Shown here: in pieces, positions 10,451 to 21,326 of the stretch
Layout of the letters: every line of letters starts with the position of its first letter
Numbering within the stretch: position 1 is the first letter of the stretch
Assembly (NCBI GenBank): GCA_963796965.1
Contig: CAWCNS010000009.1
Span: 32,001 to 96,000, forward strand
DNA: 64,000 nucleotides
From: Calditrichia bacterium
GTDB taxonomy: Bacteria; Calditrichota; Calditrichia; JAJRVZ01
Direction of reading: 5' to 3'
Made by a program: the position numbers and the translations under genes
Notes under the pieces: model-generated
What the model was told of the DNA's origin: nothing
What the model saw: the letters and a program-made list of their open reading frames with translations, nothing else
Databases searched by the model: none

Positions 10451-13400
10451 TCAATATATTTTATGCAAAATAATTTTAGCCTGCTCAATCTGTTGCCTTT
10501 TTGTCTCACCTGAGACACGAAAATGGACAAAGGGATTCTCCTGGTCTCCTGAAAAATTTATTTTTGTTTCATTCATATTAAGAAGCCCCGGCATAATATT
10601 CTGGTGAAAAACATCCTTGCTGCGGATTTCATCAGAGAATTTAATCGTTACATTACCATCTTTGAGTTTGATAAGACCTGCATAGATTTTTCCTGCTAGA
10701 ATCTTCAGTTCAATCGCATCTATAATCAAAAGTACAGACTCTGGGATCTTCCCAAAGCGATCTTCTAATTCCAACTTAATCTTGTCAAGATCTTCCGGAT
10801 TGTGATAATTGACAAGTCGATGATAAACAGACACCCGCTCCGACTGACTGGATATATATTGTAATGGGATCATTAAATCAAAATCGACATCTATCTTTGT
10901 ATCAGTATAACGCTGCAGATCGCCTTTTGTTTCTTCTCCCGGAGCCTCTTTTAGTTTCTGAACTGAATCATCTATGAGACGACAATAGAGTCAAAACCAA
11001 CCGCTTGAATATTACCACTCTGCTCTTTACCAAGAATGTTACCGATACCCCGGATTTCCATATCCCGCAATGCTACTTTAAATCCAGAGCCCAAGTCTGT
11101 AAAGTCCTGAATAGCCTTTAACCTTTTCTGTGCCAGATCTGTTAAACGAGACGCATGTGGAACCAAAAGGTAAGCATAAGCCTGGATATCAGATCTCCCC
11201 ACTCGTCCACGAAGTTGATACAGTTGTGACAAACCAAATTTATCAGCATGATCTATTAAAATTGTATTTACGTTTGGAATATCCAATCCATTTTCTATGA
11301 TCATCGTTGATACCAGAACATCATATTTTTTATGAATAAAATCCAACATGATGTTTTCCAATTGTTTTTCCGGTAACTGCCCATGGGCTACAACAACTTT
11401 AGCTTGAAGGCACAATTTCTTTAATGATCTTTTCCATGCCCTTAATTGTCTTAACCCTATTATGAACAAAGTATACTTGTCCATGCCGATCTAATTCTCT
11501 TGTAATCGCCCTATAAATGAGATCGTCATCCCATTCATGAATTTCTGTAATCACCGGCAATCTGTTACGTGGCGGTGTCTCAATATTGGAGAGGTCCCTG
11601 GCACCCATGAGGGCAAGGTGCATTGTCCGCGGGATGGGTGTGGCAGTCAAAGTTAAGACATCAACGGTTACACGAAGTTTTTTTAGCTTCTCCTTATGCT
11701 TTACCCCAAATCGTTGCTCTTCATCAATAACCAGAAGACCTATATTTTTAATTTGTACATCATCGGATAGTAACCGATGTGTGCCAATAATAATATCAAT
11801 CTCCCCTCCGTTTAGTTTTTCAAGAACTGCTTTTTGTTGTTTTGGTGTACGAAAGCGCGATAACATCTCTATATGTACCGGAAACTCTGACATTCTTTCT
11901 CGAAACGTGTGAAAATGCTGATATGCAAGAATCGTTGTAGGCACCAGAATGGCAACCTGTTTACCCTCCATAACAACTTTAAACGCTGCCCTAATAGCTA
12001 CTTCAGTTTTACCATAACCTACGTCACCACAGAGCAGACGATCCATGGAGACATCCGACTGAAGATCTAGTTTTACCTCTTCTATAGATTTTAGCTGGTC
12101 TTCCGTTTCGTCGTAGGGAAAAGAAGCCTCTAACTCTCTCTGCCAGTGGGTGTCATCAGTAAACGCATAACCCTTCTCCGCCTTTCGGGCAGCCTGCAAC
12201 TCCAGCAATTCTGCTGCAACTTTCTCGATTGATTCACGGGTCCTTTTTTTAAGCCTTTCCCATTCACCACTATTCAGATTGGTCAGACCTGGTAGGGATT
12301 CATCTTCACTGGCATACTTTTGCACATTATTCAATCGGTCCACAGAGACAAAGAGAACATCACCATCAGCATATTGCAATTTGATGCATTCCTTTTTAAT
12401 ATTGGAAACTTCTAATGTCTCAAGACCAAGATACCGGCCTATACCATATTGAATATGGACCACATAATCATTCAAATTTAAGGAACTGAGACTTCGTAAA
12501 TATTCACCATTTTTAAACCGCTGATAAGTCCGGCGCTTTTTAAAACGATCAAATATTTCGTGATCGGTTAGGACCTGAATACCAGCATCCGGGTAAACAA
12601 ATCCGTCATGAAGAGCTCCACTGGTAATATTAGCCGTATCATCAATCTCTTCATCAACCAGAATTTCCTCTATCCTTTCAGCTTGTACTTTAGTATCACA
12701 TTGAATAAGAGTAAATAATTGATCCTTTTTTGATTTTCTTAAATAACTGAAGAGTCGATTCAGATGACCAGCAAACGTTGGGGGGGTTGTGCTCTGAAAC
12801 TGAACAGTTTTGTACTTTTTGTCAGATAATAAACCAAAATGGATGAGCTGATAATCTGACATTTTTTTGGAAATAACATTCCAGAGGAAATACCGTTCCT
12901 TTGGGGGGATGGGATAAACATCTTCCTCTAAAAGTTTTGTATAATTTGCAATGATTAATTCCTCATATTCTACACTCCTGAGTGCAAGATCTTTATAATC
13001 TTCTACTATAAAAATTGAATTTAAGGGGAGGTAATCGAATAGCGTATCGGCGCTCTTATCATGATCTATAGCGGGCAATATTTCAACTTTACCGGCTTCT
13101 TCGATGGAACGTTGACTGATTATATTAAAACTACGAATAGATTCTATCTTATCTCCAAAAAACTCTACACGGACCGGGTCATCAGATGTCCAGGGAAAAA
13201 TGTCAATTATACCACCGCGTACAGCAAAATGCCCCACATCCTCCACGATCTCAGTCCTGGCATAACCAGAACTATGAAGATTTTCGATCAATTTTTGATG
13301 CTGGCAAGTCTGATTTTTTTCAAAATAATACTGTCCATCCACAAATGATTCGGGAGAAGGAACGCGACCCATCAATCCCTGTAGTGTTGATACGACCACT

Positions 13401-13747
13401 CCTTTTTCCGTGCCCATGAGACTTTGAAGTGTTTCAAGACGTAGTCGCTGTAAACTTGGGTTAGGATCATGATCGTCATAGGGTGTTTTCTCTTCTGTCG
13501 GAAAAAAAACGATAGGATCTAAAGTGAGGAGAATTTCAAGGTCATCTCTCATTTTTTCTGCAGAGTCTGGATCAGATGTTAAGAATACTACCGGTTTATT
13601 TAACACCTCAACAAGATAGGTGACAAAAAATGCCCTTAAAGAACCTCTTAATCCATCAATAAAAAATTGATCGGTTTTTGTGTCTGGAAGGTTAATATTT
13701 TTGAATGCAGTCGTATTATATATCTTCTTTTTTAAGGTTTCAATCAT
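10451..13747 (-). CDS. mfd: Transcription-repair coupling factor Mfd, split by two frameshifts (near 11405 and 10990)
   Basis: UvrB-like N-terminus, RID, GDVGYGKT, DEEQRFG, TATPIPRT, QLRGRVGRS, TRG motif and C-terminal TRCF domain across three consecutive ORFs. Confidence 0.96.
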
Positions 13748-13770
13748 ATGACTTTGTTTTTTATAATTCG

Positions 13771-13841
13771 CAGAGCAAATAGATATAGAGTGAAGAGCAT
13801 ATTCATTGCTCTGAGTTTCACTCCTCCATCTCTCATCTCTC
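13771..13841. repeat. Degenerate heptamer-arm palindromic element
   Basis: cagagcaa atagata tagagtg aagagca opposed to ttgctctg...catctct catctct. Confidence 0.5.
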
Positions 13842-13947
13842 TTGTTTAATAGAGTCAGTACTCACTGATAGAGTGTCTCATTGGGGATGGAACTTATTTG
13901 AGTTAATATTTATATGGGTAGAATATTTGAAGAAATATGTAATCATA

Positions 13948-14787
13948 TCAACCATTAGCATCTTTTAACTTATCCAAATCGGTATTATAACGTCCTTGTG
14001 GATAGGATTCTTTCATTTGATTATAATAGGCATTAAAAATATCTTTACGACCAAGATGATAGTAAGAAGCCGCTGTCAGAAATCCAACACTTTCTTTATC
14101 AAAAAAATTATCATCATGTTCCAGAATTCCCTCACAGAGCGATATAACACTCAAATAGTTTTTAGCCTGAAATTCAAGAAAAGCCAGACCAAAGTTGGCC
14201 GAGGCAATTCTTGTACCAGGTGCATCATCTGAAATGATTTGTTCAAAATACTCTCTTGATTTTGCAAAATTTTGAAGATAATAGGTAATAAATCCTAAAT
14301 AGAATAGGACAGACCAGCCATATTCATGTTTAGTCGTGCGAAAATATTCTACAATTTTATTAAGATAGGGATAGGCTAAATCGTAACTCCCCTGGGCAAA
14401 ATACAGTTTTCCCAATTCATACATAACATAATTTTGCTTTTCATCGTTAGAATTTTTTTCAAGCGATACAAGCAGGGATCTTTCAGCCAGAGGCATATTA
14501 CCTAAACCAAGATACGCATAGCCCTGGACCCGATACAGATCTTCCGGGGCTTTATAGTCCTTATTGTGAAGCAATACATTTTCTGCAGATTCGATCGCTT
14601 TTTGATAGTCTTTTTCATAATAGTAGACCCAACTCACCTCAGCCCATATAATAGATTTGCTTTCATGATCCTCCGCGTGATTTAATGCCTGAAAATACAT
14701 CAATCGCGCATTTTTATAGGCTTTATTTTCAAAATGATTTCTGGCTGCTTTAAGGTGATCCAGGAATTTTTCGTCGTTTTTACTCAT
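13948..14787 (-). CDS. Tetratricopeptide repeat protein
   Basis: Repeated TPR-like helical units along the whole length. Confidence 0.8.
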   Translation of the reverse strand: MSKNDEKFLDHLKAARNHFENKAYKNARLMYFQALNHAEDHESKSIIWAEVSWVYYYEKDYQKAIESAENVLLHNKDYKAPEDLYRVQGYAYLGLGNMPLAERSLLVSLEKNSNDEKQNYVMYELGKLYFAQGSYDLAYPYLNKIVEYFRTTKHEYGWSVLFYLGFITYYLQNFAKSREYFEQIISDDAPGTRIASANFGLAFLEFQAKNYLSVISLCEGILEHDDNFFDKESVGFLTAASYYHLGRKDIFNAYYNQMKESYPQGRYNTDLDKLKDANG

Positions 14788-14906
14788 TTAACATTATTAG
14801 TTTATGAAACTTCAATTATTTAGATTTTAATGAAAAATTGTTAATCTTCTACGTTTATTTGTTGCTTGTATAAATACAAATCCAATAGTAATCTTGATCT
14901 GAGAAC

Positions 14907-14934
14907 TTGACTTTTAAGCGCAAAAATTTAAATT
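14907..14934 (+). promoter_or_regulatory. Putative sigma70-type promoter upstream of the lpdA operon
   Basis: TTGACT-16 nt-TAAATT. Confidence 0.4.
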
Positions 14935-14972
14935 TAAAAATTGTCTTGGTCGGAAGCAATTAACTATAAATA

Positions 14973-14988
14973 TTTGACCCTGGTCAAA
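14973..14988. promoter_or_regulatory. Perfect dyad, candidate operator
   Basis: TTTGACC-CT-GGTCAAA just downstream of the putative promoter. Confidence 0.45.
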
Positions 14989-15313
14989 AACACGCCAGGT
15001 TACTAAGAAATACACAATAATTTAACATCATCTTAGGCGGCGTTGGCTGGTGACATCAATTATACTTAGAATAATGGTCGTTCTCTCAGCCCCTAATTGT
15101 AAGAGATGGAAAAAAAAAGGGTAGATTTTTAAAATGAATCCCTCTCATCCCTTTGGTAAGATAGCCAAAGAAGGAGGAAAATATAATATAACCGTGAGTA
15201 TTCTTTTCAATAAACTTAGTATCTTTGTGTCTTAGTGGCAAATGAGTGATATTAAATTGGTTAATATGAAACCAGGCCACAAAGAATAAAGATGATTAAA
15301 ATATACAGGAGAA

Positions 15314-16711
15314 ATGATGGATCAAACATTTGATATTGCCATAATCGGTTCCGGTCCGGGAGGGTATGTCGCTGCCATTCGGGCTTCTCAGTTAAATTTA
15401 AATACAGTTTTAATCGAGAAAGAAAATCTGGGTGGAATTTGCCTCAACTGGGGGTGTATCCCCACAAAAGCACTTCTAAAAAGTGCAGAGACCTATGCCT
15501 CATTTAAAGAAGCAAAGGAATTTGGTATAGAAGCCGAAAACATATCCTTTGATTTTACAAAAATTATAGATCGAAGCAGGAAGGTTGCCTCTATTAATTC
15601 CAAAGGGGTTGAATTCCTTATGAAAAAGAATAAAATCACCGTCGTCAGCGGATTGGGAAAAATAAAGTCTCCCTCATTAATTGAGGTGACGGATAAAGAT
15701 GGAAAAAAATCCGAGATAAATGCCAAACATATTATTGTCTCCACAGGAGGCAGACCGCGAAGCATTCCTGGTATAGAGATAGATGGAAAAAATATCATCG
15801 AATATAGAAAGGCAATGTCACTCGAAAAACAGCCGAAATCTATGGTCATAGTTGGCGCCGGTGCAATTGGGATAGAATTTGCCTATTTCTATAATCAGTT
15901 TGGTACAAAGATTACCATAATTGAAATGATGGATAGTATTCTTCCCATAGAAGACCGCGAGGTAAGCGACCTTCTGGCTAAATCTTTTAAAAAGAATAAG
16001 GTAGATATTCATACATCAACGACTGTCGAGTCGATAAAAAATACAAAGTCTGGCGTTACAGTTACTTATAATAAAGATGGTAAAAAGGAATCCGTCGCAG
16101 CTGACAAAGCGCTGATTGCAATTGGTATTCAGGGGAACGTAGAAGATCTGGGATTAGAAGAGACAGGCGTTAATGTCGAGAAGAGTTTTATTCCTGTTAA
16201 TGAATGGTATGAAACAAATGTAAAGGGCATTTATGCCATTGGGGATATAACCGGGCCACCCTTACTAGCTCATGTGGCTTCTCACGAAGGAATTATTTGT
16301 GTGGAAAATATTGCCGGAAAATCACCCCATGCTTTAGACTATGAGAGTATTCCAGGATGTACCTATTGCCAGCCCCAGGTTGCAAGTATTGGTATGACAG
16401 AAGCTAAAGCAAAGGAAGCAGGCTATGATCTTAAAATCGGACGGTTTCCCTATGCGGCTTCAGGAAAAGCCAGGGCTATTGGAGAACGTGAGGGATTTGT
16501 AAAGTTAATTTTTGACAATAAATATGGTGAGATTCTTGGTGCTCATATTATTGGTGCTGAGGCAACCGAACTAATCGCCGAAATTGGTATGGCAAAATCT
16601 CTGGAATCTACACCGCTTGAATTAGCAAAAACAATTCATGCCCACCCAACCCTTTCTGAGATGATTATGGAGGCAGCCGGTTCTGCTTTGGGTGAGGCGA
16701 TTCATATATAA
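15314..16711 (+). CDS. lpdA: Dihydrolipoyl dehydrogenase (E3)
   Basis: GSGPGGY, GGICLNWGCIP redox disulfide, HAHPTLSE. Confidence 0.98.
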   Translation: MMDQTFDIAIIGSGPGGYVAAIRASQLNLNTVLIEKENLGGICLNWGCIPTKALLKSAETYASFKEAKEFGIEAENISFDFTKIIDRSRKVASINSKGVEFLMKKNKITVVSGLGKIKSPSLIEVTDKDGKKSEINAKHIIVSTGGRPRSIPGIEIDGKNIIEYRKAMSLEKQPKSMVIVGAGAIGIEFAYFYNQFGTKITIIEMMDSILPIEDREVSDLLAKSFKKNKVDIHTSTTVESIKNTKSGVTVTYNKDGKKESVAADKALIAIGIQGNVEDLGLEETGVNVEKSFIPVNEWYETNVKGIYAIGDITGPPLLAHVASHEGIICVENIAGKSPHALDYESIPGCTYCQPQVASIGMTEAKAKEAGYDLKIGRFPYAASGKARAIGEREGFVKLIFDNKYGEILGAHIIGAEATELIAEIGMAKSLESTPLELAKTIHAHPTLSEMIMEAAGSALGEAIHI

Positions 16712-16716
16712 GACAG

Positions 16717-17367
16717 TTGAAAACAATCCAGTTAATTCAGACCGGCCCTACTGACTATACTCAAACCTGGGAATTACAGAAAGAATTATTCGAGGAGGTC
16801 GCCAGAAACCGTTCCAGAAATTATTTAATCCTCACAGAACATCGCCCTGTCATTACAATTGGAAAATCTGGCAATACGAACAATCTGCTTGCGGATGAGT
16901 CTTTTTTAAATTCTAAGGGGATAGAAATTATTAGGATTGATCGTGGGGGTGATGTTACTTTTCACGGACCAGGACAATTGGTGGGATATCCCATTCTAAA
17001 TTTGTCTGAGTTTAAAGAAGATATGAATTGGTATTTGCGGAAGCTGGAAGAAATAATTATCAAGACCCTGGGAAATTATCAAATCATTGGAACCCTGATC
17101 CCCGGCTTAACCGGTGTTTGGGTCGATAATAATAAGATTTGTGCCATCGGGGTAAAAATCACCAGATGGGTATCCATGCATGGTTTCGCCTTAAACATTT
17201 CGACAGATCTAAATTATTTCAAATATATCATACCCTGCGGTATAACAGACAAGGGCGTAACTTCAATTTTGCAGGAATCAGGAAATAACCCAGACAAAAA
17301 TAATGTTATTAATAATCTGTGTTCAAATATTGAACAAATTTTGGATGTAAAGATAAAGTTACAATAA
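16717..17367 (+). CDS. lipB: Lipoyl(octanoyl) transferase
   Basis: RGGDVTFHGPGQLVGYPI, KICAIG, HGFALN, IIPCG. Confidence 0.96.
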   Translation: MKTIQLIQTGPTDYTQTWELQKELFEEVARNRSRNYLILTEHRPVITIGKSGNTNNLLADESFLNSKGIEIIRIDRGGDVTFHGPGQLVGYPILNLSEFKEDMNWYLRKLEEIIIKTLGNYQIIGTLIPGLTGVWVDNNKICAIGVKITRWVSMHGFALNISTDLNYFKYIIPCGITDKGVTSILQESGNNPDKNNVINNLCSNIEQILDVKIKLQ

Positions 17368-17379
17368 ACCGAGGTAGTC

Positions 17380-17580
17380 ATGGTTAAAGAAAGAGTCCCT
17401 ATGTGTCCTGTTTTTCCGGATCTTATTTGTCCTCAGGGACAGGAGATGAGCGAAGCATGTTCGGTTAGAATGAATGGAGATTTTGACCCAATGGTTGATT
17501 TCAGGGATCATTTATTACTTCATTGTGCCCTTTATCAAAATCAAAATCATTCTGAAAATGTAAGTAGAGAAGAGGTTTGA
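17380..17580 (+). CDS. Small Cys/His-rich hypothetical protein (66 aa)
   Basis: RBS GAGG; exactly fills the lipB-E1 gap (12 and 11 nt spacers); four Cys. Confidence 0.7.
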   Translation: MVKERVPMCPVFPDLICPQGQEMSEACSVRMNGDFDPMVDFRDHLLLHCALYQNQNHSENVSREEV

Positions 17581-17591
17581 ACGGAGAATAA

Positions 17592-19625
17592 ATGCCCGTC
17601 AAAAACACGAAAACAAAATCTCAAACCCGATTGACTTCCACCACCCTGTTATCGATTTATGAAAACATGATTCGAACCCGCTTGATGGATCAGAAGATGC
17701 TGATCATGCTTAAACAGGGGAAGAGTTTTTTTCATATTGGATCCTCGGGACATGAAGCCGTTCAAACAGCTTTTGCCTATGCCATGCAACCGGGGTATGA
17801 CTGGGCCTTTCCCTATTATCGTGATCTTGCATTTGTTTTACAATATGGTGTTTCATCCTACGATATATTTTTAAATTTTTTGGCCCGCGCTGACGATCCC
17901 AGTTCTGGAGGTCGTCAGATGTCTAATCACTATGGTAGCCGCAAACAGCGCATTGTTACCCAATCCAGCCCTACCGGCACACAGTTTTTACAAGCTGTGG
18001 GCTGTGCACTTGGTTCAGTTAAAGAGGGAAAAGATGAGGTTGCCTATGTTTCTTCCGGCGAGGGAACGACAGCACAAGGTGATTTTCATGAAGCACTTAA
18101 CTGGGCAGCCCGCGATAAACTGCCTGTAATCTTTCTAATCCAAAATAATAAATATGCAATTTCTGTACCTGTTTCTAATCAACTTGCAGGTGGATCCATT
18201 TATCAAATCGGAAGCGGTTACCAAGGATTAAATTGTTTTAAAGTTGATGGAACTGATTTTTTCAAATCCCATGAAATAGCACAAAAAGCGGTCGAGCTAG
18301 CCAGAACCGGTAAAGGTCCTTCTCTTATTGAAGCAGATACAATTCGATTATTACCCCATTCCAGTTCTGACTCGCAATCCAAATATCGAAAAAAGGAAGA
18401 ATTAGAGCGGGATAAATCAAGAGATCCCCTTCCCATTTTTGAATCATTTCTGATCGACAAAAAAATTAAAGATCGTGGTGAACTGGATATTATTCAGCAA
18501 AAAATAAAAAAAGAAGTTGATACTGCGGCAGAAGAAGCAGACAAAACTGCTCATCCCTCACCCGACTCTGTTGAAAAATTTATTTTTACACCCAATCAGC
18601 CAAAAGTTACCTCCTACCCTAAAGTTCCCGATGAAGGGGAAAAGATTGTATTGGTCGATGCCATTAATCATGCCCTCAAGGAAGAATTGGCGGGAGATGA
18701 GAGAATATTTCTATTTGGTCAGGATGTAGCCGATGGTAAAGGGGGCGTGTTTACAGCGACAACAGGGATATCAACAATGTTTGGAAGTGAACGATGTTTT
18801 AATGCACCTCTTGCAGAGTCAAGCATTGTTGGTGTCGCTATCGGGATGGCATTACGTGGCTTAAAACCAGTCATTGAAATACAGTTCGGAGATTATATCT
18901 GGACAGCTATGATGCAGATTAGAAACGAACTTTCCACAATACGCTGGCGCAGTAATAATACCTGGAGTTGTCCTGTCGTCATCAGAGTTCCTGTGGGAGG
19001 GTATATTCACGGCGCTTTATGCCATTCTCAAAACATTGAAGCCTTTTTTAGTCATATTCCAGGACTCAAAATCGTTTACCCCAGTCAGGCTGATGATGCA
19101 AAGGGTTTACTAAAAGCTGCAATTAGGGGAGACGATCCGGTTCTTTTTTTGGAGCATAAGGGACTTTACCGACAAAGCTATGCCAGGGCCGTCGAGCCAG
19201 ATGAGAATTATACAACACCAATTGGTAAAGGTATTATCAGACGAGAAGGAAATGATATAACCGTGGTAACATATGGTGCGTTGGTTCAAAAATCCCTGGA
19301 GGCAGCACGCATCTTATCGCAGGAAGGATTTGAGGTTGAAGTGATTGATATTCGATCCATTGTCCCGCTTGATACACCCCTTATTATTAATTCCGTCAAG
19401 AAAACCAATAAAGTTCTCATCGTACATGAAGATAGTCTGTTTCAGGGTTTCGGAGCAGAAATTGCCGCACAAATCGCCGAGTTGGCCTTCGAAAGCCTGG
19501 ATGCACCGGTTCAACGATTAGCAGGCAAAGATGTACCGGTTGGATTTAGTCCGGTATTAGAGGAAAATACACTACCACAGAATAAAGATGTTTTGTCAAA
19601 ATTAAGAGAGGTTCTGAGTTATTAA
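17592..19625 (+). CDS. Fused E1 alpha/beta 2-oxoacid dehydrogenase (branched-chain type likely)
   Basis: PYYRD, TPP motif GEGTT...NN, HSSSD, then beta-domain GQDV, PLAESSIVG, EIQFGDYI, HSQ. Confidence 0.93.
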   Translation: MPVKNTKTKSQTRLTSTTLLSIYENMIRTRLMDQKMLIMLKQGKSFFHIGSSGHEAVQTAFAYAMQPGYDWAFPYYRDLAFVLQYGVSSYDIFLNFLARADDPSSGGRQMSNHYGSRKQRIVTQSSPTGTQFLQAVGCALGSVKEGKDEVAYVSSGEGTTAQGDFHEALNWAARDKLPVIFLIQNNKYAISVPVSNQLAGGSIYQIGSGYQGLNCFKVDGTDFFKSHEIAQKAVELARTGKGPSLIEADTIRLLPHSSSDSQSKYRKKEELERDKSRDPLPIFESFLIDKKIKDRGELDIIQQKIKKEVDTAAEEADKTAHPSPDSVEKFIFTPNQPKVTSYPKVPDEGEKIVLVDAINHALKEELAGDERIFLFGQDVADGKGGVFTATTGISTMFGSERCFNAPLAESSIVGVAIGMALRGLKPVIEIQFGDYIWTAMMQIRNELSTIRWRSNNTWSCPVVIRVPVGGYIHGALCHSQNIEAFFSHIPGLKIVYPSQADDAKGLLKAAIRGDDPVLFLEHKGLYRQSYARAVEPDENYTTPIGKGIIRREGNDITVVTYGALVQKSLEAARILSQEGFEVEVIDIRSIVPLDTPLIINSVKKTNKVLIVHEDSLFQGFGAEIAAQIAELAFESLDAPVQRLAGKDVPVGFSPVLEENTLPQNKDVLSKLREVLSY

Positions 19626-19680
19626 TAGTTGAATTAGAACCTGTTAAGGGATAATTTTACGATCTTATCCAAATCTATTT

Positions 19681-19880
19681 ATTTCGCGCAGCGGCGCAGA
19701 GCCGTAACGAGAAATATGTAATAAAGCAATAAGTATAAAAATTGATTTTTTCATCATTTTAAAATAACGATTCAACTATCTTTCAATTTGGGTTATTAAT
19801 TTTTAGTTATCTTGATTAGCTGTTTTGAATTAGAAAATTATATAATATTTGTACTGCGGCGTTGCGTCGCTGCGTGAGAT
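19681..19880. repeat. Octamer-arm inverted-repeat element (cgcagcga class) with an eroded GxxExxY-like spacer
   Basis: Left atttcgcgcagcggcgcagagccgtaa; reverse complement of right arm atctcacgcagcgacgcaacgccgcag; AT-rich spacer of about 145 nt. Confidence 0.8.
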
Positions 19881-19962
19881 CAGTCTATTAAAAAAGAATG
19901 ATTGATTTTTATTCTTCAAAAATTTGTGTTTTTAACATTATGAAATCCGAAATAACACAGAG

Positions 19963-21264
19963 GTGTTCATGAAACAAGATATGGTTATGCCCAAAATGGG
20001 TGAGAGTATTACAGAAGGTACGATTATAAAATGGTTAAAGAATGTCGGTGATGTAGTAGAAAAAGATGAAATCATCCTTGAAATCAGTACTGATAAGGTC
20101 GACTCAGAAATCCCCACACCCGTTGCTGGTAAGATTGTAGAATTATTGGCTAATGAAAATGACACTATCGAGGTTGGAAATGTAATTGCCCGAATCGAAA
20201 CGGAAGGTGGTGTAGAGGAAACAGAAACGGCATCTCCTCCGGGAGCAGAAAAGTCAGAGCCGACACCTGTTGCAGAAGAGCCGGCATCAGCAGAACCTGA
20301 ACCACAGCCTAAAGATCAGGCCCCGCCCATCACTGAAGAAAAAACAGACAAAATTGAATCAACAAAATTCTTCTCACCTGTCGTCTTGAACATTGCCCGA
20401 ACTGAAAGTATATCAACCCAGGAGTTGGATTCGATAGAAGGTAGTGGGATTAGTGGGCGCGTAACAAAGAAAGATGTTCTGCAATATTTAGAATCCCGTA
20501 AAAGCGGGGTAGCGGCTGCCCCGGCAGCTAAGGCTTCTGCCCCCATTGCATCGCCTACAATTGCAGGCGATGGTATTGAAATAATTCCGATGGATCATAT
20601 CCGTAAAAAAATCGCAGAGCATATGGTTCATACCGTTCATACAGCAGCACATGTCGGGTTGTATATTGAAATAGACATGCTAAATGTTCATCGAATCCGG
20701 CAGGCATCAAAAGAAAACTTTCTAAGAAAAGAGGGTATAAAACTTACATTTATGCCATTTATATCTGAAGCTGTTGCTAAAACTTTAAAAGAATTTCCCC
20801 TGGTAAATTCATCTCTCGAAGAAGATAATATTATTATCAAGCATTTTATTAACCTTGGGATTGCGGTGGATACAGAAAAGGGTTTGATTGTACCAGTAAT
20901 AAAAAATACCGACGCCCTGAATCTCGTCGGCATTGCCCGTGCAATCAATGATCTGGCTGCACGTGCAAGAAACCGTAAATTAAAACCGGATGAAGTAAGT
21001 GGTGGTACGTTTTCTATCTCAAATTTTGGTGTTTTTGGAACCAAGATTGGATTTCCCTTAATTAATCAACCTCAGGTAGCAATTTTGGGTGTTGGTGCAT
21101 TAGAAAAGAGGGCGGTTGTTGTCAACGATGCTATTGCTATTCGTCCAATGATGGATGTATCCCTTACCTTTGACCATCGTTTGATCGATGGCGCCCTGGG
21201 AGCACGTTTTCTGCAACGCCTGAAAGAAAACCTGGAAAACTACGATCCTGAGACAAAATTATGA
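19963..21264 (+). CDS. Dihydrolipoamide acyltransferase (E2)
   Basis: Lipoyl domain ISTDKVDSEI, E3-binding GSGISGRVTKKDV, catalytic FDHRLIDG. Confidence 0.96.
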   Translation: MFMKQDMVMPKMGESITEGTIIKWLKNVGDVVEKDEIILEISTDKVDSEIPTPVAGKIVELLANENDTIEVGNVIARIETEGGVEETETASPPGAEKSEPTPVAEEPASAEPEPQPKDQAPPITEEKTDKIESTKFFSPVVLNIARTESISTQELDSIEGSGISGRVTKKDVLQYLESRKSGVAAAPAAKASAPIASPTIAGDGIEIIPMDHIRKKIAEHMVHTVHTAAHVGLYIEIDMLNVHRIRQASKENFLRKEGIKLTFMPFISEAVAKTLKEFPLVNSSLEEDNIIIKHFINLGIAVDTEKGLIVPVIKNTDALNLVGIARAINDLAARARNRKLKPDEVSGGTFSISNFGVFGTKIGFPLINQPQVAILGVGALEKRAVVVNDAIAIRPMMDVSLTFDHRLIDGALGARFLQRLKENLENYDPETKL

Positions 21265-21326
21265 ACTTAGTAAATATTCCACGTAGTCCTGCCTCGTTGC
21301 GTGAGGTAATTAGATAGTAACTAACC

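Noticed and set aside
11395..11410. Programmed ribosomal frameshifting in mfd and other split genes
   Set aside because: No shared slippery motif or stimulatory structure; these families are not known to be recoded; indel error is simpler
21277..21307. Possible remnant of the cgcagcga element after E2 (cgttgcgtgag)
   Set aside because: Too short and no clear partner arm
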